Positions 27,724 to 38,187 are shown, counted from the stretch's first letter. The stretch: DNA of 64,000 nt from Candidatus Micrarchaeota archaeon (GCA_043827025.1 JBDRPL010000011.1:1-64000); one strand, 5' to 3'. Notes: generated from the letters alone by a model not told the origin. A program made the numbers and translations.

Positions 27724-28650
27724 ATGAACAGGGGAACATCTTTTGCATTGCTAGTCGCATTGATCAGTGGAATTTCTGTTTTTGTCAATTCATTCGGAGT
27801 CTCGTTGAGTGATCCGTTTGTATATGCAACCCTGAAAAATTCCCTGGTTGCAGTATTTTTGGTCTCAGGCATTCTTCTTTTTGGAAAGCTTGACGAAATC
27901 AAGAAATTGAACAGAAAGCAATTCGGCCAATTGGCGCTCATAGGATTGATTGGAGGAGGCATTCCTTTTCTATTGTTCTTCTATGGCCTTTCGCTTGGCA
28001 TGGCTTCTATCTCCTCATTCATCTTCAGGTCATTGTTCGTTTTTGCAGCCATTGCCTCGCTTGTCATCCTCAGGGAAAAAATAAGCAAGAGTTTTGTGTT
28101 GGGCGCAGCGATAATATTTGCAGGCAATTTCCTTCTTATAAAAGAAAGCTTGGGTTTTGGCCTTGGACAGTTGCTTGTGCTTGGTGCAACGATCCTTTGG
28201 GCAATTGAATATTCCTATTCAAAGAAAGTCATGGCAACTATTTCTCCAAATACATCTCCAATTTCGCCGAATGCAGTAGCTTTTGGAAGGATGTTCTTCG
28301 GTTCATTGTTCCTATTGGGATTCCTTGCATTCACAGGAAAATTCCAGATGGTTTTCGAGGTATCTCAGACAGCATTGCTCTGGACAGTGGTGGCATCAGG
28401 CTTCCTCTTGTCATATGTTTTCTTTTGGTATAATTCCCTGAAGCATATCTCTGTTTCAAGAGCAACCTCTATCCTTGTACTTGGAGGTCCGATAACTGCC
28501 CTACTGAATTTCGTTTTCATTGGTAAGGCAGTTGCCCTAGGTGAAGCGATAAGCCTGTTGATCATAGTGATAGGTGTGATTGTTGCAATCTGGTCATCAG
28601 CCATATTAAGGTTTTTCTGTCCGATAGAAAAAACAAGCCTTTCAACCTAG
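27724..28650 (+). CDS. EamA/DMT-family transporter
   Basis: About ten TMs in two repeats; PFLLFFYGL, ILREKI. Confidence 0.88.
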   Translation: MNRGTSFALLVALISGISVFVNSFGVSLSDPFVYATLKNSLVAVFLVSGILLFGKLDEIKKLNRKQFGQLALIGLIGGGIPFLLFFYGLSLGMASISSFIFRSLFVFAAIASLVILREKISKSFVLGAAIIFAGNFLLIKESLGFGLGQLLVLGATILWAIEYSYSKKVMATISPNTSPISPNAVAFGRMFFGSLFLLGFLAFTGKFQMVFEVSQTALLWTVVASGFLLSYVFFWYNSLKHISVSRATSILVLGGPITALLNFVFIGKAVALGEAISLLIIVIGVIVAIWSSAILRFFCPIEKTSLST

Positions 28651-28872
28651 GTGCCGTATATGTATAAGAAACGTCTAGCTTTTGATTATCTGTTTGTGGC
28701 TTTAGTTCTTTTCATATTATTGCTTTCTCTCCTATCCATTGAGCTTATTTTCTTAAAAGAAGGGCATTCAAAGTATTCTATCACAAATGGCGTTCCTAAA
28801 CAGATTCAACCTGTTCCGCCATCAGTTCCCCAGGACTCGGAGGTCCGACTTGATGGGTTTGTTGTAAGGTGA
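28651..28872 (+). CDS. Small single-TM protein
   Basis: Fills the gap between co-oriented genes; one TM. Confidence 0.5.
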   Translation: MPYMYKKRLAFDYLFVALVLFILLLSLLSIELIFLKEGHSKYSITNGVPKQIQPVPPSVPQDSEVRLDGFVVR

Positions 28873-28876
28873 GGTA

Positions 28877-29593
28877 ATGGATTCAGGAATAGACCTTCAG
28901 GCAAGATATTCCCATCCTCCAAATTTTTTGAGCTATTGCGGCCCAAGAGCCTTTGGCGCAGTCTACGATTTATACAAGACAAGCCAGATAGAAATCTGGG
29001 ACTTAAAGAAGGAACTTGAAAAATTTACAATTCCAATGGCCTATCTCCGACTGATTGCAGATTCCAATGGAAAAGAGCCTTTTGACTATGATGTAGTGGA
29101 ATCCTTCTGGATAGGGAACAGCTTGCTTGAGAAAGTGGGCAATGATAAAATCAAGGAACTGATACTGCACGATTTGACAAAGGCAGGCCTGAAAAAAAAC
29201 AAAGCAGAAGAACTGGCACGGAATCTTCCAAAATCTATTTTTCCAAATCACCTTTTTCATGTCCTTTATGTCCAATTTGTCACTGAGAAAGTGAAGAAAC
29301 ATCTCGGCAACTTTGATAATTGCCATATTGGCTGGGGAAAGGTGAAATGGGCAAGCGAGAAGTATGTGGGCCTGGAATATTTTCCATTGTGCATGAAGGC
29401 TGGGCAGTATTTCATTGGAAAAGGCTCCAAGAAAGTCCTGAAAGGCTTTGTGAAGAATCCATTGGTAGGCGATTTCGTTTCAGTTCATTGGGGCACAGCG
29501 ATCCAGAAAATCACAGAGAGACAGGTGAGAAACCTGCAATACTACACCAATTGGAACTTGAAACAGATAAACTCGATTGAATTGAAACCTTAA
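28877..29593 (+). CDS. DUF6390-like protein
   Basis: ARYSHPPNFLSYCGP, VVESFWIGN, HLFHVL, CHIGWG, GDFVSVHW. Confidence 0.7.
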   Translation: MDSGIDLQARYSHPPNFLSYCGPRAFGAVYDLYKTSQIEIWDLKKELEKFTIPMAYLRLIADSNGKEPFDYDVVESFWIGNSLLEKVGNDKIKELILHDLTKAGLKKNKAEELARNLPKSIFPNHLFHVLYVQFVTEKVKKHLGNFDNCHIGWGKVKWASEKYVGLEYFPLCMKAGQYFIGKGSKKVLKGFVKNPLVGDFVSVHWGTAIQKITERQVRNLQYYTNWNLKQINSIELKP

Positions 29594-30051
29594 TCCGAGA
29601 AGTATGCCTTGCCGTTTGGAAGGCGTATCTTTTTGCCAGTGGCTTTTTCAAGGTCACGTAGCATGTTTCTATCAAATCCGTCAAACAAAACATCGAAAAT
29701 TCTAAATTTATCAGAATCCGTTGTAATCCAAAGTACTGGGTTAAAGTCAGGTCCGGAATGCAGTGTAATCTTTTTGATGTTTTTTATGCTTATCCATTTA
29801 CTGCCCAATGTTTGCATTTTTATTTCATTATTTTTTATTTCAATGACTTTGATGTTGCCATTTCCATTCCATATGAAATATGCTGCAATTGTACATATTG
29901 CAAGTAATATTATCCCAATTGCAGACAGGCCAGCCCTTTCCTGTGAGGCGTCAAAAAGGGCTATGATCGTGATCAATAACGGCATCGTTACAAGCGCAGC
30001 GCATATACAGAGGTACAACAATGGACATATCTTTCTTTTGTACGTTTTCAT
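29590..30051 (-). CDS. Hypothetical membrane protein (two TMs plus small soluble domain)
   Basis: 153-aa ORF. Confidence 0.65.
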   Translation of the reverse strand: MKTYKRKICPLLYLCICAALVTMPLLITIIALFDASQERAGLSAIGIILLAICTIAAYFIWNGNGNIKVIEIKNNEIKMQTLGSKWISIKNIKKITLHSGPDFNPVLWITTDSDKFRIFDVLFDGFDRNMLRDLEKATGKKIRLPNGKAYFSD

Positions 30052-30139
30052 GAATTATATTCCTTACGTGTGCTTAAAAAAGTATTGCAAACCAACCATT
30101 TATAAAAATTGCACTATATAATTCTGTGAAATCCCCTAC

Positions 30140-30523
30140 ATGGTGACTACTATGAGCGATATAGCGAAAAAGATGAAATTCAGAGATCCTCCTTCAATAA
30201 ACTGGGTTGCTGCAAAGGAATTATTATTCCCAAGAGTAGAGAAAGCTCTTAGGGCCAAATATGCGAATAGTGATTTCGAAGTTGTCGATATCGTAGGAGA
30301 TGGATATCCTGATCCTGACAAGGTTTTGATCCTTGATATGACGAGCGGCTGGGGTGTCTACTACAACAATATCATGAAATTACATCCTATAGTAAAATTG
30401 AATGTGGGCGGAGAGAAAAAAAGAATAAAGATTCCAGGAATAATAAACGCAGTGCTTACTTATGACGAAAGAAAGAAAGAATGGGGTTGCACTGCGTTTG
30501 AGATCCTTGATTTGAAAAACTAG
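30140..30523 (+). CDS. Hypothetical protein
   Basis: 127-aa ORF preceded by TTTATAAA at about 30099-30106. Confidence 0.65.
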   Translation: MVTTMSDIAKKMKFRDPPSINWVAAKELLFPRVEKALRAKYANSDFEVVDIVGDGYPDPDKVLILDMTSGWGVYYNNIMKLHPIVKLNVGGEKKRIKIPGIINAVLTYDERKKEWGCTAFEILDLKN

Positions 30524-30527
30524 GAAG

Positions 30528-31874
30528 TCAATAAGCCTCCAGGAAATTCTTAACCTCCCATTTTGTCACTTCCATCATGTAATCATTCCATTCGCTTTTT
30601 TTGCCTTCACGGTATTTTGTGAATATGTGCTCCCCTAGCGTTCTTTTCATCAGCTCGTCCTTTTTCAAGCATTCAAGCGCCTCTCCCAGTGAGCAAGGCA
30701 ATGTTTTTATGCCTCGTTTTGCATAACCTTCCTCATCAAGCAGATATAGGTTTTCTTCAACTGGATCTGGCGGAATGAGCTTCTGTTCTATCCCTTCCAT
30801 TCCTGCTGCAAGCATTGTGGAGAATACGAGATAGATGTTAGATGACGGGTCAGGACACCTCAATTCGACCCTTGCAGAGTTTTTCCTTCCCTTAACTATC
30901 CTTGGGATCCTTATCAATGCACTTCTGTTTGTGGTGGCCCAGCATATGTAAACTGGCGCTTCATAGCCTGGCACAAGCCTCTTGTATGAATTTACAAGCG
31001 GAGACAATATCGCAGACATTCCCTGGACGTGCTTCATCTGGCCTGCGACAAAATTCCTTGCAGTTTCTGATAGGTTATATTTGTCATTTTCGTCATAGAA
31101 TATGTTCTGCCCATCTTTGAAAAGGCTTTGGTGCACATGCATTCCCGAGCCATTGATCCCGCGTATGGGCTTTGGCATGAATGTTGCCATCAATCCGTGT
31201 TTCTTTGCAATTGCCTTGACAACGAATTTGAATGTGGCTGCATTGTCAGCTGTTTTAACTGCCTTGTCGTACTTGAAGTCTATCTCATGCTGGCTGTTTG
31301 CCACCTCATGATGTGCTGCCTCTACATTCATGCCGAATTTCTGCAATGCAATTGTTATGTCTTTCCTTACTTCATAGGCTTCGTCCATGTTTAAATCGAA
31401 ATATCCTCCCACGTCGTGGTGCACTGTTCCAAGAACATTGCCATTCTCTTTTTTGAACAGGAAGAACTCGAATTCAGGGCCAGTGTAATATTCATAGCCT
31501 GCATTCCTTGCCTTTTCAACTGTTTGTTTGAGGATGTGTCTTGGATCACCTGCAAAAGGGTTTCCGTCTGGGGAATAGACATCGCATATCAGCCTTGCAG
31601 TGTTTCCCTGGTTGGAGTCCAGCCATGGAATTACTGCATAGGTTTCAGGATCAGGTTTCAGGTACATGTCGCTTTCGTGTATCCTTGCAAAACCCTCTAT
31701 GGAAGAGCCGTCGAACCAGGTTCCATTGTCAAGCGATTCACCCAGATGCACAGCCGGAATAGTCGCATTTTTTACTATGCCCAGGATATCTACGAATTGC
31801 AGATTTACAAATTTCACCCCGTCCTTTTCCACTTTTTCCAGTACTTCTTCTTTAGTTGCCATTCGTTTCACCAA
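30528..31874 (-). CDS. glnA: Glutamine synthetase type I
   Basis: FDGSSIEGF, HHEVA, FMPKP, NGSGMHVHQS, NSYKRLVPGYEAP, ELRCPDP. Confidence 0.97.
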   Translation of the reverse strand: MVKRMATKEEVLEKVEKDGVKFVNLQFVDILGIVKNATIPAVHLGESLDNGTWFDGSSIEGFARIHESDMYLKPDPETYAVIPWLDSNQGNTARLICDVYSPDGNPFAGDPRHILKQTVEKARNAGYEYYTGPEFEFFLFKKENGNVLGTVHHDVGGYFDLNMDEAYEVRKDITIALQKFGMNVEAAHHEVANSQHEIDFKYDKAVKTADNAATFKFVVKAIAKKHGLMATFMPKPIRGINGSGMHVHQSLFKDGQNIFYDENDKYNLSETARNFVAGQMKHVQGMSAILSPLVNSYKRLVPGYEAPVYICWATTNRSALIRIPRIVKGRKNSARVELRCPDPSSNIYLVFSTMLAAGMEGIEQKLIPPDPVEENLYLLDEEGYAKRGIKTLPCSLGEALECLKKDELMKRTLGEHIFTKYREGKKSEWNDYMMEVTKWEVKNFLEAY

Positions 31875-31985
31875 ACTAGAACTTGTTTTGTACCAAACTC
31901 GCTTGTTTTATATATAAATATTTTCAGTGTTTTTCAGAACAAATGACCACAAAATATATAAAATTTATGCACATATGTTTGGAAT

Positions 31986-32459
31986 ATGGCAAGAAAAACA
32001 GAACACACTAAACACGCGATGGATGCAGTTGACCTTGAAATAATAAGAGAGCTGAAGTTGGATTCGAGAAGGAGTTTCCGCGAGCTTTCCTCAGTAATTT
32101 GTTTGAGCCCTGCAGCGCTCATCGAAAGGGTGAAAAAGCTCGAGGATGCTGAAATCATTTTGGGTTATTCTGCAAGGGTCGACCATTATGTCATGGGATA
32201 TGATTTCATGGGACTTGTGCAGATAAGCATTGCAAAAGGAGCGCTGCTTGAGGTGCAGGAGAAAATATCAAAACTTAGGGGTGTTGCAGCAGTCTATGAT
32301 CTCACAGGAGAGTATGATTCAGTTGCCCTTGTCCTGTGCAAAAGCAGGGTAGAAATGAGCAACCTGATAAAGAGCATAAACAAGATTCCGGAGGTCAGCA
32401 AAACAAATACGAGCATGATACTGAATGTTGTAAAGAGGATGGACGAGTTTCAGATTTGA
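31986..32459 (+). CDS. Lrp/AsnC-family regulator, divergent from glnA
   Basis: MDAVDLEIIRELKLDSRRSF HTH; YDLTGEYD. Confidence 0.92.
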   Translation: MARKTEHTKHAMDAVDLEIIRELKLDSRRSFRELSSVICLSPAALIERVKKLEDAEIILGYSARVDHYVMGYDFMGLVQISIAKGALLEVQEKISKLRGVAAVYDLTGEYDSVALVLCKSRVEMSNLIKSINKIPEVSKTNTSMILNVVKRMDEFQI

Positions 32460-32462
32460 TTT

Positions 32463-33878
32463 TCATTCTTGGTTTATAAAAAGCACTCCTCTCTTAGTTG
32501 CACTGCAAGCAGCTGCAGTGAAGTTTCCTTTGAATAATGTAAGCTCTCCTATTTTTTCCTGGGTTGAGTTTGCCTTAAGCCTTTCATGGTTTACATATGC
32601 TTCCATGTAACCTAATTTTGATTCGTGGGCGAGTCTTGAAAAGTGGTCAACCCCTGTGACTGTGGGCTGGTGCACTTGTTCATTAGTTAGTTTCTCTGTA
32701 ACAAAAGCCATGTTCTTCAAAAGCGTAATCGGCAATGTCTCATCGCTTCCTGAAGATGTTGCTTCAGGAGGGACTATTAAGATATAAGGCACTCCTTGTG
32801 CGTCCAATGCAAGCAGATCCTTGAATCCGTTTTCTGCATCCCTTTTGTATGATGCAGCTGAACCGTATGATGCAAGTAATGGGGTATTTACTGTTACTGC
32901 GCCAACCACATTTCTAGAAACAGCTAAAACAGATTCCTCTTTTACATTTTCAGGGTACGCATTATTGGCGATTCTATCCATGTGAGACCTTCGTACCTGC
33001 AAAAGGAATAGTTTTGATCCCCTTATTGCAAATTCTATGTCTACTGGTGATGAATTGAAATGCCTTTCCAATATTAATGATAAGGTATATAGTGGATTGG
33101 TGAATCTTTTCAGAAATGTTTCAACTGCATGATTTAGGCTCGGGAATCCAAGCAGTTCTGCCAGTCTTTTGATTCCAATCCTTTCCTTATCCATTGTCTC
33201 AGTGCTTAGTACTTCACCGAACTCCTGCTGTATTTTTATGGCTGGCATATCTTTTCTTGCAAGATGGCCTTTTTGCACTACTATTATATTAGGGCTGCAC
33301 TTTTCAACAGCAACTGTGCCAAGGCCAAGAACCATTGACATTGTAAATGTGTTGTCTCCGTTTACTGAGGATGTATCTACCACTCCGCTGAATACTGGTC
33401 CGACATAGCCCCCTTCAATCTTGTTTCCAATTACTGATTGAAGCATAACTGCCATTCCACCTTCCAGACCATTGCTAGCCAGGTATGTTGTGGCATGTAG
33501 GCTATTACCGCTTCTTGCAACTCTTTGAATTGCAGATGCCAATGCATGTATATCTCCGTTATTTCTTATAAATAGCGTATCAAATACTCCTGCGCAACTG
33601 TGCGCGCCATCTTCAGAAAAACCTGATGACCTGACTGCAATAAAATCTCCGTCCAATTTTACGTGCTTTACTACCTGGGAAAGTTCATAAATATCCGGAG
33701 CCATGTCTCTGATGACGTCACTGGCAAGAATGGTTGTCTTAGGTATCTTTGCAATATCTACGCCTTGAAGCGTATGTGCAACTCCCCAAGTATGGCTTCC
33801 TTTTCCACCTAATTCCCCTTTGCCGATGGTAATCACTGAGCCTACTTGGGCCTTTCGATATCTTAAGGATTTCATCAT
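32463..33878 (-). CDS. PEP synthase/PPDK-like ATP-grasp protein with divergent His domain
   Basis: GGKG, AVRSSGFSEDG..SCAGVFDT, DIEFAI..LFLLQVR; C-terminal DHFSRLAHE. Confidence 0.75.
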   Translation of the reverse strand: MMKSLRYRKAQVGSVITIGKGELGGKGSHTWGVAHTLQGVDIAKIPKTTILASDVIRDMAPDIYELSQVVKHVKLDGDFIAVRSSGFSEDGAHSCAGVFDTLFIRNNGDIHALASAIQRVARSGNSLHATTYLASNGLEGGMAVMLQSVIGNKIEGGYVGPVFSGVVDTSSVNGDNTFTMSMVLGLGTVAVEKCSPNIIVVQKGHLARKDMPAIKIQQEFGEVLSTETMDKERIGIKRLAELLGFPSLNHAVETFLKRFTNPLYTLSLILERHFNSSPVDIEFAIRGSKLFLLQVRRSHMDRIANNAYPENVKEESVLAVSRNVVGAVTVNTPLLASYGSAASYKRDAENGFKDLLALDAQGVPYILIVPPEATSSGSDETLPITLLKNMAFVTEKLTNEQVHQPTVTGVDHFSRLAHESKLGYMEAYVNHERLKANSTQEKIGELTLFKGNFTAAACSATKRGVLFINQE

Positions 33879-33947
33879 TAATCGTTATGCCTGACCCTAT
33901 TTATAAATATTCTCTTTTTTCCATATTTAACAACTAACAACATTCTT

Positions 33948-35942
33948 TTATTCCTGTTTCTGTATATCTCTTAGTTGCTTTGCAGTTAATCCTCCGACCT
34001 TTGGAATTAGCATTTTAATCAGTGATGTCGGAATGAATCCTCCGTTTTCTGAGACTATCACCTGCAGTTCCATGTCTTTTTCCAATACTGCCAGGGCTCC
34101 CAAATCCACCTCATTTTTCACATCTCTTACGTCTTTTACTTTTTCAACCATGTTCAGTTCAATGCCCATGTCCACGAGTGCATCCACTAACAATCTATTT
34201 TGAGGCACTGTGTGTAAGGCTGTTTTTTGTTGCTCTCCAATTCTTATGCGGATCTTCAACTGTGCCAATTCCCTGACAGTTACTTTTCCGGGTCTTGTTT
34301 TGGTCATCATAGAAACTAATGACCTATATGTTTCTGCAAACCGTCTTGTTAGCTCTCCAGCTCCTTTGTAAATAGCATGGGCTGCACCTCCTCTTTCAGA
34401 AAATTCATGCATCGGGCGTGATCTAATTATCCATTCGAATGGGGCGAATAAAGTTGGATCATATGCTCTTGTGTCTATATGTAGTGATCTGTACTCATTT
34501 GCCTTTGGTCCCTTTCTTCGGACTACGTCATGCAATGATTTCTTCCCCGCCTTTTTTGAGTTTTCAATTGGTGGATTAATATAATCAGTTACTTCAGTAC
34601 GATATTCTCTCCTGTGTATCCCTCTTTTTGCAAGTGCTCTTTCTATGCATTTCGGCAATATCTGATTGTTTATTTTGTTTGCAGCTCTGACCAAGGATTC
34701 TTTTGTAGTGCTTCCATTGAAGCTATCTATGATGATTCTGCCTGCCGCAAAATCGCTTCCGTTTTGTTGGTCTTTGTTGTATTCGTCGATATTTCCGAAT
34801 AAATACCTACAGTGTTTGTTGTCTATCATTACGCTTGTTGTTTTTCCTTGCTGGTCAATCACACTCAAAACGAGTATAGTTCCTTCCACCTTTATGGATG
34901 TAGTGTGTCCATCAACTGAAAATTCAATACCTTCACAAGCATTTTCCTTCACGTCCCTTATGAATGGATTTTTTACATTAAGTGATATCATTTCTTTTGG
35001 GATGCCTGCTAATTCTAGCATCTTCAAACATCTTTCCTCGTACCTTTTCTTTATCTTTACGCCCAGGCTTCCGAATCCCTTGCCTTCCTCTCGCGGTTCC
35101 ACCTCTGCGGCTATCCCGTGTTTCCTGAGTTCGAGTTTCAATTCTGCACTCATTTCTCTAATGATTGCATTGCTTGCCTCCACTTCGCGGGATATCCTTC
35201 CCATTTCTCCCTCTACATAATTCCATATGTCCGGAAAGCAGTGAAGCATTGCAAAGTTTTTCATCCCCTTCACAAGAGATGGAAATCCAAGCAAGTCCCC
35301 TAGGTTGGCGTAAAGTCCCATCACTGATTCCGCAGTGTTTCTTTCCATATTTATCCATTCTATTATTTCAGGCACCTGGATTTCTGAAGATTCTGATGTG
35401 GTTACTGATGCAGGCAGATTATGCTCCCATAGTCTTGAGACGAAAGCAAGCCTTGCAAGCAATGCAACAGGAGGCCTATCTCCGTTTTGGGGTGTAAGCA
35501 CTTGTGCATAACTCTCGGCATCATACCCCTCCTGACAGTCAAGCGTCCTTAGTGTATCGTATGCGCCAAGTTCTCTTGCGAAACTGCTAAGGTATTCTGG
35601 GTCATATCCATTTCCATCGTTTAACGGATTTCCAAGCAGAGTCCATGGCACTAATCCTGGTTCTTTGCACATGCTCCAGCTGAGAATGTCAAGAAGAAGA
35701 AGGTTTCCTCTGTCTCCTTTTCTGTTTGCTTCTTCAATTATTGCTTCTGGGGTTATGAGATTTGATCTAATTCCTTCTTCAAGACAGTCTCTGCAATACT
35801 GTAAGTGTCCTTTTGCAAAAGTAGCTACCGCTCCGTCGCTATAGTGGCTAAGGATGTAGTTATAGGCCCTTTGGAATCTGTCTTCTATTATTCGCATTCC
35901 TCTGGCCCGATTTTTGCCATTGTCAGTAGTATAAATTCCCAC
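33948..35942 (-). CDS. RelA/SpoT-like nucleotidyltransferase ((p)ppGpp synthetase-like) with TGS-like tail
   Basis: KGFGSLGVKI, DFAAGRII, DYINPP, PKANEYRSLHI, FEWIIRSRPMHEFSERGGAAHAIYK. Confidence 0.8.
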   Translation of the reverse strand: MGIYTTDNGKNRARGMRIIEDRFQRAYNYILSHYSDGAVATFAKGHLQYCRDCLEEGIRSNLITPEAIIEEANRKGDRGNLLLLDILSWSMCKEPGLVPWTLLGNPLNDGNGYDPEYLSSFARELGAYDTLRTLDCQEGYDAESYAQVLTPQNGDRPPVALLARLAFVSRLWEHNLPASVTTSESSEIQVPEIIEWINMERNTAESVMGLYANLGDLLGFPSLVKGMKNFAMLHCFPDIWNYVEGEMGRISREVEASNAIIREMSAELKLELRKHGIAAEVEPREEGKGFGSLGVKIKKRYEERCLKMLELAGIPKEMISLNVKNPFIRDVKENACEGIEFSVDGHTTSIKVEGTILVLSVIDQQGKTTSVMIDNKHCRYLFGNIDEYNKDQQNGSDFAAGRIIIDSFNGSTTKESLVRAANKINNQILPKCIERALAKRGIHRREYRTEVTDYINPPIENSKKAGKKSLHDVVRRKGPKANEYRSLHIDTRAYDPTLFAPFEWIIRSRPMHEFSERGGAAHAIYKGAGELTRRFAETYRSLVSMMTKTRPGKVTVRELAQLKIRIRIGEQQKTALHTVPQNRLLVDALVDMGIELNMVEKVKDVRDVKNEVDLGALAVLEKDMELQVIVSENGGFIPTSLIKMLIPKVGGLTAKQLRDIQKQE

Positions 35943-35992
35943 GTTATTAACTTGTTAGAAATACTATTTAAATGTGTGTCTCATTGGACGTA

Positions 35993-36307
35993 TCAGTCGT
36001 TTCTAGGATCTGCCTCTCCCTTGTCGAATCTTTCAAATATCTTTTTGTCACGATCTTCTTCTTTTTCAGGTTTTACATCTATGATTTTCCCTTTCTTGCC
36101 GATCTTCTCCTTATTTGCTTTTTTTGCCTTTGTTTCTTTTGGGGGACTTTCGTTTTTGGGCGGGATGTTCTGCCAGTAGCTGTACTTTGCGTTTCTTCCG
36201 CCTATCAGCCACAGGACTATGAATAAGACTATGCCAATTACGCAAACAGTTCCACAAACATCCCTTAATGCAATAAATACATCATTCAAAAATCCTAGCA
36301 CGTCCAT
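35993..36307 (-). CDS. Small single-TM protein with charged tail
   Basis: 104-aa ORF overlapping the fni stop. Confidence 0.6.
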   Translation of the reverse strand: MDVLGFLNDVFIALRDVCGTVCVIGIVLFIVLWLIGGRNAKYSYWQNIPPKNESPPKETKAKKANKEKIGKKGKIIDVKPEKEEDRDKKIFERFDKGEADPRND

Positions 36308-37286
36308 ATCTTATCAACCTTGCGTTCTTCAATTCCAGGCAATTGGATGAGCCTGTCAGCAAACATACGATCTTCATCTGCCTTTCCCATGTTCCGATCA
36401 ATTCATCAAGTTTTTTCTTTTTTTGTGCTTTCAGGAATGGATATGCTGCACCTGCCAGTTCTGCATTTAGCGCAATTGCCTTTGCAACATCTATCCCACT
36501 CCTTATTCCGCCAGAAGCAATCAATGGGAGTATGTCTCTGCACATGTCTATAGAGTCAACTGTTGCGTTGCCCCATTCTTCAAAACCTTCAACCGCCTTT
36601 CCCCTGTCATATTCCACTTTGCTCCAGGAAGTTCCTCCTGCGCCTGAAACATCAACATATGCAACTCCTGCATCCTTCAATTTCACTGCAACATCAGTGC
36701 TTATCCCTGCACCTGTTTCTTTTACGATTATCGGAACATTGAGTTCCTGGCAGGCTTTTGTTATTGCAGTCAGTACTCCTCTAAAATCCCTGTCTCCTTC
36801 TGGCTGGATTATCTCCTGCAATGGGTTAAGGTGAATGGCCAATGCATCTGCATCAACATCTTCAATCATCTTCTTTACTCTGGCCATCGGGTATTTTTTC
36901 AGTTGCACTCCACCTATATTCGCCACCAGCGGAATGGATGGGGCATATTTTCTTACATTGTATGTCTTTGCCAATTTCTTGTCTTCAATCATTGCACGCT
37001 GGGAACCAAGGCCCATTGGAATTTTATGCTTTTCAGCTGCAATCGCCAAGTCCTTATTTATCTTCTCCGCATCCTTGTAGCCGCCAGTCATCCCAAGTAT
37101 CATGAACGGATATTTTATCTTTTTTCCCAGGAAACTTGAGGACAGATCTATGGAGTCGAAATCAAGCTCAGGAAGTGAATTGTGCACGAATCTCACGCTT
37201 TGGAATCCTGGAGATACTTCATACTGGTATTTGCTGTTCAACGTAAGTTCGACATGGTCTTTTTTCCTGCTTTCTGTTTTCTTCAT
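36282..37286 (-). CDS. fni: Type 2 isopentenyl-diphosphate isomerase
   Basis: RKKDHV, MTGG, GSQR, HLNPLQE, KETGAG, GAGGTSW. Confidence 0.95.
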   Translation of the reverse strand: MKKTESRKKDHVELTLNSKYQYEVSPGFQSVRFVHNSLPELDFDSIDLSSSFLGKKIKYPFMILGMTGGYKDAEKINKDLAIAAEKHKIPMGLGSQRAMIEDKKLAKTYNVRKYAPSIPLVANIGGVQLKKYPMARVKKMIEDVDADALAIHLNPLQEIIQPEGDRDFRGVLTAITKACQELNVPIIVKETGAGISTDVAVKLKDAGVAYVDVSGAGGTSWSKVEYDRGKAVEGFEEWGNATVDSIDMCRDILPLIASGGIRSGIDVAKAIALNAELAGAAYPFLKAQKKKKLDELIGTWERQMKIVCLLTGSSNCLELKNARLIRYGRARIFE

Positions 37287-37399
37287 AATTAGGACTTGAG
37301 AAATCAAGTATTTAAATGCTCGGTTCCGAATCGCAGAGGGAGATGCCTTCCTTCAGTTAATCACAGGTTAGGGTGTTTCAATTAGACGAAGCTCATTTC

Positions 37400-38128
37400 C
37401 TACCTAGCAAGCGGATACTTCTCCATGTACATCTGCGTCTGCAATATCAGCAGATATGGAAGCACAAAAAGCGAATTCACGAGTAGCACAAGATATGCTG
37501 AAAAGTTTGGCAGGATCAAATCGAAGATTAGTTTGACCAATGACAGAACCACGAATCCGATTATCGCCCAGACGATTATCATCTGCGGTTTTTTCATAGC
37601 GTGGTTCGATGACCTGACAATTGCGTTGAATATGTTTGATTCATCTATTACAATCGCAGGAGCGATATAGAAGAACAGGAATGAAATTATGCCGACGGCT
37701 ATAGGGTAGATGAGTGTGTTGAATGGCTTGTCGAACAAAAGGAGTTGTATTGCGAATATCAACAGTTCAAGTATTACCAGGGCCAGGAATACTTTGACAG
37801 TATAGCGCCCCATGTTTTTTATCATTTGGGAAGGGATGGGAACCGATGTCCTTTTTGATTTGATTATCAGATTTATGTTTACAACTGCTTCTGCGATTAT
37901 GAATAATGAAATCAGATACACAAAAAGGGTTACAGCTATGTCTACAAGTGACAATTCAGGGATACTTTCAGTCCTGACATAAATTCCTCCGAGCGACATA
38001 TAGGTTGGCAGTGCTACGAAAAGGGGTATTATTGCCGCCATTAGGAACAATACTGAGAAAATTGTTACTATGCTGATGTTTTTTCTGTAGAATTTCCACG
38101 AGTAATTGAATAACCTTTCAAGTTCCAT
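37400..38128 (-). CDS. Hypothetical membrane protein
   Basis: About six TMs. Confidence 0.75.
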   Translation of the reverse strand: MELERLFNYSWKFYRKNISIVTIFSVLFLMAAIIPLFVALPTYMSLGGIYVRTESIPELSLVDIAVTLFVYLISLFIIAEAVVNINLIIKSKRTSVPIPSQMIKNMGRYTVKVFLALVILELLIFAIQLLLFDKPFNTLIYPIAVGIISFLFFYIAPAIVIDESNIFNAIVRSSNHAMKKPQMIIVWAIIGFVVLSLVKLIFDLILPNFSAYLVLLVNSLFVLPYLLILQTQMYMEKYPLAR

Positions 38129-38187
38129 GCTTTATGTTAGGAAGGCTAATTTTTTAAATCTAGATTAGGATTAATATACTGTTATTT

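Noticed and set aside
37320..37399. Possible fluoride riboswitch, C/D-box RNA or tRNA fragment upstream of fni
   Set aside because: GGAGATG..TTCC is present but the 3' CTGATG element is missing; there is no good C box and no cloverleaf.
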